Origin: an uncultured Desulfobacterales bacterium
Lineage (GTDB): Bacteria; Desulfobacterota; Desulfobacteria; Desulfobacterales; SpSt-501
Direction: 5' to 3'
Assembly: GCA_938048455.1 (NCBI GenBank)
Contig: CALIUY010000022.1
Span: 41,815-105,814 of the forward strand
DNA: 64,000 nt
Shown: positions 57,807-64,000 of the stretch, piece after piece
Layout of the letters: each line of letters begins with the position of its first letter
Position numbering within the stretch: the stretch's first letter is position 1
The notes under the pieces: model-generated
The model's input: the letters and a program-made list of their open reading frames with translations, nothing else
Told to the model about the DNA's origin: nothing
Database searches by the model: none
Made by a program: the position numbers and the translations under genes

Positions 57807-58706
57807 TCAATCGGGGGAGGCGTTCGTGCGGGAGAGGAAATCGGCGATGCGCGCGAGAGCCGCCACGGGTTCGTCCTCAAGCAGGTAATGGCCCGCATCC
57901 GGGAAGCAGTGCACCTCCGCCCCAGGGAAGCGCCGGCGCCACTCGGCGAGATAGTCGCGATCGAAGACAAAATCCTTCTCCGCCCAGAGGATCAGAAGAG
58001 GCTTTGGCTGCAGCCGCTCGAGGGTGCGATCGACCGCCGCCACCGCAGGCCAGCTCGGGTCGGCGGGCGAAAGCGGAATGTCCAGGACGAACCGCAGCAG
58101 CGCGATTCGTCGCTTCCAGCCGCCGCGATAGGGTGCCAGCAGCCCGGCGCGCGCCGCGGGCGAAAGCCTGCGGGCCGTCGCCGTCTGGGCCGCGCCCCGG
58201 GCGAAGAGGTTGAGGCCGCAGACCAGAACGGCCGCCGCGTGGGGATGGCGCCGCAGAAGGGAGAGCACCCGGGGAAGCGGTTTTTCCACCGGCTTGCAGA
58301 AGGCCGCGGTGTTCAGAACGACGAGCCGGGATACCCGTTCGGGACGCTCGACCGCCCAGGCGGAGGCGATCATGCCGCCCCAGTCGTGCAACACGAGGGT
58401 GACGGGCTCTTCGGGGACCACTTGCTCCATCCAGGCCGTGAAATCCGCCACGCGGTCGGCCAGGCGGAAGCCGTAGTCGCGGGGGGCGGGGCGTTCCGAG
58501 AAGCCGCAGCCGATGTGATCGGGGGCGAGGCAGCGACAACGGCCGGAGAGACCGGCGATCAAGGAGCGGAAAAAGAACGACCAGGTCGGGTTGCCGTGCA
58601 CCATGACGACCGGCGCGCCGCGGCCCTCCTCCACGTAGTGCAGGCGGCGGCCGTTCACCTCGAGGAACCGCGAGCGGAAGGGGTAGAGAGCGCGCCAGTC
58701 GTCCAC
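57807..58706 (-). CDS. oleB: OleB beta-lactone decarboxylase (haloalkane dehalogenase-like)
   Basis: HGNPTWSF, HDWGG (Asp nucleophile), DAGHYLLED. Confidence 0.9.
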   Translation of the reverse strand: MDDWRALYPFRSRFLEVNGRRLHYVEEGRGAPVVMVHGNPTWSFFFRSLIAGLSGRCRCLAPDHIGCGFSERPAPRDYGFRLADRVADFTAWMEQVVPEEPVTLVLHDWGGMIASAWAVERPERVSRLVVLNTAAFCKPVEKPLPRVLSLLRRHPHAAAVLVCGLNLFARGAAQTATARRLSPAARAGLLAPYRGGWKRRIALLRFVLDIPLSPADPSWPAVAAVDRTLERLQPKPLLILWAEKDFVFDRDYLAEWRRRFPGAEVHCFPDAGHYLLEDEPVAALARIADFLSRTNASPD

Positions 58707-58712
58707 GGCCGT

Positions 58713-59753
58713 CTACCAGTCGACCGCGAGCATCAGGCAGTTCAGCCCGCTGCCGATGCCGAGCAGCCCGACGAGATCGCCGGCCGCGAGAAAGCCGCGC
58801 TCCTCGGCCAGAGCCGCCGTGAGGGGCAGGCTCACGGTCCCGGTGTTGCCGAGGTAACGGAAGGTCGTGAAATCGCGTTCCGGGTCGATGCCGACCGCAT
58901 CCAGAAAGGTGCGCTGGTGGGTGGCCCCGACCTGGTGACAGATGATCTTGTCCGGTTTTCCCTCCGGCAGAGCGAGCTCCTGCCGGAAGGCGGCGAAGGT
59001 CTCGACGCCCAAGGCGACGCCGTGGCGCAGGACCTCGGCCGCATCGGTCTCGGCCATATGCGCCCGTCCCTCGGGAAACCCCGTGTCCGGTCCCCAGGTG
59101 CAAAGACGGTGGTGTTGGGGGGCGCTGCGGCAGATCCCCCCGCGCACCTGACGGCCTCCCGGACGGTGGGCGGCGTCGACCAGGAGCACGGCGGCCGCCC
59201 CGGAACCGCCGGTCAGCGTGGCGAGCGTCTTGCGCAGCGTTTCCATGGAGGGTTCGCGGTTCAGCCGTTCGATCGTGAGGTCCACGATTTCGCGCGCCGT
59301 TTCGCAGGCGACGACGAGTCCGGCGCGGATGTGGCCGAGTTCGATCGCGCAGGCCACCTGGAGGATCCCGTTCAGCACGCCGAGACAGGCGTTGGAGAGA
59401 TCGAGGATCTGCGAAGCGGAGGTGATCCCCAGCCCGTCGGCCACCGCACAGGCGGTCGCCGGTTCGAGGTGCTCGCGGCAGACCGCGGCGTAGATCAACA
59501 TCCCGATCTCCCGCGGGGGGAGGCCGGCCCCTTCGAGCGCCTTGCGGCCGGCCCGGATCGCCCCCTCGGAAGGCCGGAACCCCGGGCTCCAGTAGCGCCG
59601 CTCGCGGATCCCGGTGATCGCCTCGAGCTGCCCGCGGGGAATCCTCAAAGCCTCGTAGAGGGGGGAGAGGCGCTCTTCGAGATCCGCGGAGGAGACCACG
59701 TGAGGGGCGATCTCGTAGCCGAAGGCCTCGATGCGGACGCGGGAGAATCGCAT
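58713..59753 (-). CDS. oleA: OleA head-to-head condensing thiolase (FabH-like)
   Basis: LEPATA (Glu), SNACLG (Cys), HQVG, GNTG, GIGSGLNC. ATG at 59753. Confidence 0.9.
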   Translation of the reverse strand: MRFSRVRIEAFGYEIAPHVVSSADLEERLSPLYEALRIPRGQLEAITGIRERRYWSPGFRPSEGAIRAGRKALEGAGLPPREIGMLIYAAVCREHLEPATACAVADGLGITSASQILDLSNACLGVLNGILQVACAIELGHIRAGLVVACETAREIVDLTIERLNREPSMETLRKTLATLTGGSGAAAVLLVDAAHRPGGRQVRGGICRSAPQHHRLCTWGPDTGFPEGRAHMAETDAAEVLRHGVALGVETFAAFRQELALPEGKPDKIICHQVGATHQRTFLDAVGIDPERDFTTFRYLGNTGTVSLPLTAALAEERGFLAAGDLVGLLGIGSGLNCLMLAVDW

Positions 59754-59769
59754 GGAGATCCGGTTTCTT

Positions 59770-62700
59770 TCAACGCGATGGGCGCAAGCGCCGGTCGGCC
59801 GAATGTTGCGGCACGAGGCCGACGCCGAAGCCTTCCATCCGGTAAATGCACAGGCCATCGACCCAGAGGTGCCCGTCGCCCCAGAGAACGGTCTCCCCGG
59901 GGCGCTCATCGAGACCCTGGAGGTCGGCTTCGAGGATCACCCGCCGGTTTTGCGGCCGCACCTGGCCGCGGTAGCTCCAGCGGTGCCGCCTGCCGGGCGG
60001 GAGGCAAAAACGATGGGTGGGCCGTCGTTCAGGCATCTTGAGGATCGCTGCGGCCTTGAGAAGCTGGATCAACGCCTCCAGGCCGAGCGAGCCCGGCCAC
60101 ACCGGATCGCCGTGAAAGTGGGCTTGAAAGAACCACTCCTCGGCGCGCACCTCCTTCACGCCGAGCAGACAACCGGCGCTCGCCCTTCCTCCCCGAGGCT
60201 TCCAGACGGCGAGGCGATCGATCATGCGCAGAGCGCGCGCCGGCAGCTGCAGGCCCCCCTCCGGGGCGCCCTCCGCATCCATCGGCTCGAACGGAGGGAC
60301 ATCGGGCCAGAGCCCCCGGAGTTCCTCCTCTTGCGTTTCCTCCGACGGGGCGGCGGGCGCGCCGGCAATCCCCCGCTGTCCGTCGAGCGCCTCGCGGGTG
60401 AAGAAACCGAAGCCCGCGGTGCCGGAATAGAGGAGCCCTCGCCGGTCGTGAACCTCGAAGGCGAACTGCTCGAGGATGAGGTCGGCCATCTCGGAGACGC
60501 GCGTCAGGCGGCAGCGCGTCCGCAGGGTTTCGGCCTGCGTCGGCAGCGGCCGGTCGAGCATTCCGCTTCCGTCCAGGTTGCGGAAGAAGAGATCTTTCTC
60601 GCTCTTTAGGGCCGAACCGAGGAAAGCCGCAAGAAAGCCGCAGGTCTGCAGCGCGGTTTCGAGCAGGACGCAGAAGGGCGGGGCCCCCGTGCGTTCGGCC
60701 GCGACATACCATGCCTCGGGCCGGATGTCGAACTCGGCCTCGGCCCAACCTCCCGGACGCAGGACGAAGGGGCGGGGGCCGGCCTCGAGGATGCGGTCCA
60801 GGAAAAGAAACGGGGGCCCGGGAAGCCGGGCGAGATGGCGGTTTCCGTCATACGGGAGGTAAGGATCGCCGAGAGCCTTCGAGGAGCGGCCGGTCGCGAA
60901 ATCCTCGAGGCCGCGCCGGGAAACCCGGATTTCCCGCCGGTGAAGAGCGGAAGGAATCTTTCGCGGTTTCCAGAAGGCTTCAAGGTCGGCGGCGGAGGCT
61001 CCGCAGAGTTGCAGGGACAGGTCGCGAAAGCGCACGATGCGCCGGCCGTCGGCGTAAAGAAAGGCGTCCGCCCGCACGTAAGGCTCGGGACGAGATCCCG
61101 CTTCCCGGAGATGGACCTCGGCGTGGACGCGACGCACCGCAGGGGTGACCGGCCCGCGGCAGGTGAGGACCGCCTCCACGCCCGGGACCGGCTCGAAGCG
61201 CAGGCCCGGTCGCTCGAGGAACCAGCCGCGGCGGAGCAACAGCACGCGCAACGCCTGATTGCAGCATTCGTACATCAGGGTGCCGGGCATGACCCGGTCA
61301 TCGACGAAATGGCAAACGAGGTACCAAGCTTCGGGATCGATGTCGGCCTCGGCGCGGATGAGGCCCAATCCGTAACGCCCGCCGTGCGGCTCGAAGGAGA
61401 CGATGCGGTCGATCAGCCGCAGACGGCCGCCGGGCAGCCGCAGCGTCTCGGGGATGCGGACTCCGGCGAAGAGCGGTCCGAAGGCGCGCGCGGCGTCCCC
61501 TTCCCGCAGCGCCTCCAGGGCCGCATCGTCGAAGGCGGCCGCCTGCTCCGGGAGCGGCCAGGAAAAGGATGCGGGCGTCTTTCCCGGGGCCGGGGCCATT
61601 TCCTCGGCGGAGAGCACGATGCCGCCCGAGTGCAGGGATTCCTCGGCCGTGAAGAAGCCGGCGCATCCCCCGCGCATCGTGATCAGCGGTCGGCCGTCGA
61701 TGGTGCCCTCGAAGCGGAAGAAGAAGAGATGGGTCTCTCCCTGGCGGATGAACTTCTCGATTTCGATGGCGTAGCGGATGGTCTCGCCGGGCACGGGCAG
61801 GGCGCGGTGAAAGCGCACCGCGGCGTCGAGCAGGCGGTAGGCGCGGCGGCCCCGGACGGCGAGATCGATGCCGAGCCAGGCGCACAGGAAGAGATCGGCT
61901 TGGCCGGCCTCGACCGCGATGCTGACCGGCGCGCGACCGCCGTCGAGGTACCAGGCGTTTTCCCGGACGTCGTGCTCGGTGACGATGCGTCCCGGCCCCA
62001 AGCCGCCCTTGCGACCCTCGATTTCCAGAATCCGGTCCACGAGCATGAGCGGCTCGTCGGGGAGCCGCACGCGCACCCGATAGCGATCGACGGCGGCGAA
62101 CTCCGGGCCGAGCACCCGCGCGGCGGAGCCCCGGGCGAACTCCAGGCAGGCGGCGCGGTCGAAGAGCACGCGGGACGAGGAGGAAGCCCCGGGGATTTCC
62201 CGACGCCAGGAGCCGCGGGCCAGGGTTTCGGCGAGGCTGCGGGTCGTCTCGAGGGAAAAATCGAGGTACTTCCGGTGGGCGGCGGCGGTGGAACCAGAGA
62301 GCGCGGCGATGGTCTCCGCCGCGCTCCGGGCGGCGCTTGCCGAGAGCCGGCTGGGTGTCGCCGGGGACGGAGTGGAGGCGGTTTCGTCCGAGGGCCTTTT
62401 CCCCGGGGTCGCCGGCTTTGCGGCCCGGCCGGATCGTGTTTCGAGGGGTGAAGGAAATTCGGCCAGAACCTGCAGGCAGTGTCCTTCGCTGCTGGCGGCG
62501 CTGATCAGCGTGAGCCCTTCGCCGGGCGGATCCACGGCGGCGAAACAAGCCGCCTGCAGGAGCGCCAGGAGTCCCCCGGCCGCACCTCCGTCCCCCAGAC
62601 GGTCGGCGGCCGATTCGATCCGGGTTCCTTCCGGAAGAAGACGGCGGAGATGTCCCCCCCGATCCGGATCGCCGCAGACCGCGCGGCGGACGGCCGTGGA

Positions 62701-64000
62701 GGAGACTTGCGCCTCGGCGAGGGCCGCGACGAAAGCACGGCGCAGGGAGCTTCCTTCTTCTGCGCCGCCCGCCGCACCCGCACCGCGCAGGACCAAACGG
62801 ATGCGATCCCCGTCCGCCACGGCCCGGTCCCAGCGTTTGAGCACCAACGCGACCGCGCCTTCCGCGGGGGGGGGCACGGGTCCATCCTTCGCGGCGAGTC
62901 GTCGGGGATCGCCCGCGAGGTCGACGGCGCCCACCAGCACCGCCTCCATCTCCCCGGATTGAAGCGCGCGCAGGCCGATTTCGAGCGCGCGCAGCCCCGA
63001 GCAGGCCTCGGCGCTCACGGCGTAGCTCGGCCCGCCCAAGCGGAACTCGCGCGCGATGCGGCTCGCCACCATGCTGCCGAGCGAACCGAGCACGCGCGAC
63101 GCCGTGAGCGGCGGGGACACGTTTTCCGGAAGAAGGGCGGTCTCGTCGGGCGACCTGACGGCCGAGAGATCCTCCAGGCGCCAGCGCAACCCGTAACGGG
63201 TCGCCTCGAAGTCGAAATCGATGCCGACCAGCGCCCCCATCGCCGGACGTTCCGCCTGCGGATCGAGCCCGGCGTCATCCAGGGCCGCGGCGGCGACCTC
63301 GAGCATGAGCGCATGCTGCCGCAAAAGATCGCGCTGTTCCGCGGGCGGAATCCGGAAACGGGGGTTCACCGCCGGCTCCCCGGCGATATATAGCCCCGCC
63401 GGAAAGGCTTCCGGAGGCACAAACGGCGCGCTCTTTTCCAGGCGCTCCCGGGGAGGAGGCGAAAGAAGGCGCGGATCGCCGTTCTCGAAAACCCGGGCCA
63501 GGGCCTCCAGGGAGGCGTACGCTCCGACCCGGACGGCAAGGCCGATCACCGCAACCGGCGGCGAAGCGGCGGACGCATTCGACGGCGGCGGCTCTTGCCC
63601 GCCGGGGGTCGTTGGCCCGCGGGAGCCGCCGGGAAAGGAGCGCGGACTTCGCGGCCGTGCCGCAAGCCACTCCTCCAACAGCAGGTGACCGTTGATGCCG
63701 CCGAAGCCGAAGGCGCTCACGGCCGCGCGGCGCGGGATTGCCGGGCCGCGGCGCGTCCACGGTTCGGGTTCGCCGGGGATGCGGAAGCGGCCACGGGCGA
63801 TCGGGCTGTCGGGCGGGGGCTCACGGAAATTCAGGGTCGGCGGGATAAGCCCGTGATGCATCGCCAGCAGCACCCGGATCATCCCCGCCGCGCCCGCGGC
63901 GGTGAGCAGGTGGCCGATGATGGACTTGACCGAGCCGATGGGGCAGGAGGGGGCGTTGCCCCGCAGACGAGTCAAACTCTCCAGCTCGACCGCATCGCCG
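59770..64000 (-). CDS. PUFA-synthase PfaC-like multidomain protein (KS end, CLF-like, FabA-type DH and pseudo-DH pairs), 5' partial
   Basis: Frame is open to the window edge (GDAVELESL). GSVKSIIGHLLTAAG, SAFGFGG, second KS-like domain, CHFVDDRVMPG and AHFHGDPVWPG DH motifs. Confidence 0.88.
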   Translation of the reverse strand, partial: GDAVELESLTRLRGNAPSCPIGSVKSIIGHLLTAAGAAGMIRVLLAMHHGLIPPTLNFREPPPDSPIARGRFRIPGEPEPWTRRGPAIPRRAAVSAFGFGGINGHLLLEEWLAARPRSPRSFPGGSRGPTTPGGQEPPPSNASAASPPVAVIGLAVRVGAYASLEALARVFENGDPRLLSPPPRERLEKSAPFVPPEAFPAGLYIAGEPAVNPRFRIPPAEQRDLLRQHALMLEVAAAALDDAGLDPQAERPAMGALVGIDFDFEATRYGLRWRLEDLSAVRSPDETALLPENVSPPLTASRVLGSLGSMVASRIAREFRLGGPSYAVSAEACSGLRALEIGLRALQSGEMEAVLVGAVDLAGDPRRLAAKDGPVPPPAEGAVALVLKRWDRAVADGDRIRLVLRGAGAAGGAEEGSSLRRAFVAALAEAQVSSTAVRRAVCGDPDRGGHLRRLLPEGTRIESAADRLGDGGAAGGLLALLQAACFAAVDPPGEGLTLISAASSEGHCLQVLAEFPSPLETRSGRAAKPATPGKRPSDETASTPSPATPSRLSASAARSAAETIAALSGSTAAAHRKYLDFSLETTRSLAETLARGSWRREIPGASSSSRVLFDRAACLEFARGSAARVLGPEFAAVDRYRVRVRLPDEPLMLVDRILEIEGRKGGLGPGRIVTEHDVRENAWYLDGGRAPVSIAVEAGQADLFLCAWLGIDLAVRGRRAYRLLDAAVRFHRALPVPGETIRYAIEIEKFIRQGETHLFFFRFEGTIDGRPLITMRGGCAGFFTAEESLHSGGIVLSAEEMAPAPGKTPASFSWPLPEQAAAFDDAALEALREGDAARAFGPLFAGVRIPETLRLPGGRLRLIDRIVSFEPHGGRYGLGLIRAEADIDPEAWYLVCHFVDDRVMPGTLMYECCNQALRVLLLRRGWFLERPGLRFEPVPGVEAVLTCRGPVTPAVRRVHAEVHLREAGSRPEPYVRADAFLYADGRRIVRFRDLSLQLCGASAADLEAFWKPRKIPSALHRREIRVSRRGLEDFATGRSSKALGDPYLPYDGNRHLARLPGPPFLFLDRILEAGPRPFVLRPGGWAEAEFDIRPEAWYVAAERTGAPPFCVLLETALQTCGFLAAFLGSALKSEKDLFFRNLDGSGMLDRPLPTQAETLRTRCRLTRVSEMADLILEQFAFEVHDRRGLLYSGTAGFGFFTREALDGQRGIAGAPAAPSEETQEEELRGLWPDVPPFEPMDAEGAPEGGLQLPARALRMIDRLAVWKPRGGRASAGCLLGVKEVRAEEWFFQAHFHGDPVWPGSLGLEALIQLLKAAAILKMPERRPTHRFCLPPGRRHRWSYRGQVRPQNRRVILEADLQGLDERPGETVLWGDGHLWVDGLCIYRMEGFGVGLVPQHSADRRLRPSR

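Noticed and set aside
57715-57807. Split or frameshifted OleBC fusion
   Set aside because: oleB ends normally after the catalytic His region and oleC has its own ATG and intact N-terminus. Separate genes are the usual state.
57807-58706. Haloalkane dehalogenase
   Set aside because: Its position between oleA and oleC identifies it as OleB

Overview
High-GC (roughly two-thirds G+C by eye) bacterial chromosome segment, almost entirely coding. Gene content and order suggest an anaerobic deltaproteobacterium (Desulfobacterota-like; this is inference). The first ~22 kb is housekeeping: a bS22-like mini-protein, hflKC, dciA, trmN6, two tRNA-Ser, dnaX-ybaB-recR plus YkgJ and a hybrid kinase, sdhCAB, tol-pal, ruvCAB and rplM-rpsI. 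About 22-36 kb is a peptide/5-oxoproline uptake and catabolism block (pxpABC, TRAP, M24 peptidase, Opp-type ABC). About 36-54 kb is mixed: larE-like, retropepsin, ExeA-OmpA, lysA, MFS, a bcsB-bcsZ-bcsC module with no bcsA, Mrp, aminotransferase and AOR. The last ~10 kb is a minus-strand operon joining a PUFA-synthase (PfaC-like) gene, cut by the window edge, to oleA-oleB-oleC-oleD and a stand-alone PocR sensor. I saw no CRISPR array, integrase, transposase or prophage. The best candidates for novelty are the pfa-ole-PocR operon and the synthase-less bcsBZC operon. All calls come from motif recognition by eye, not from database searches.
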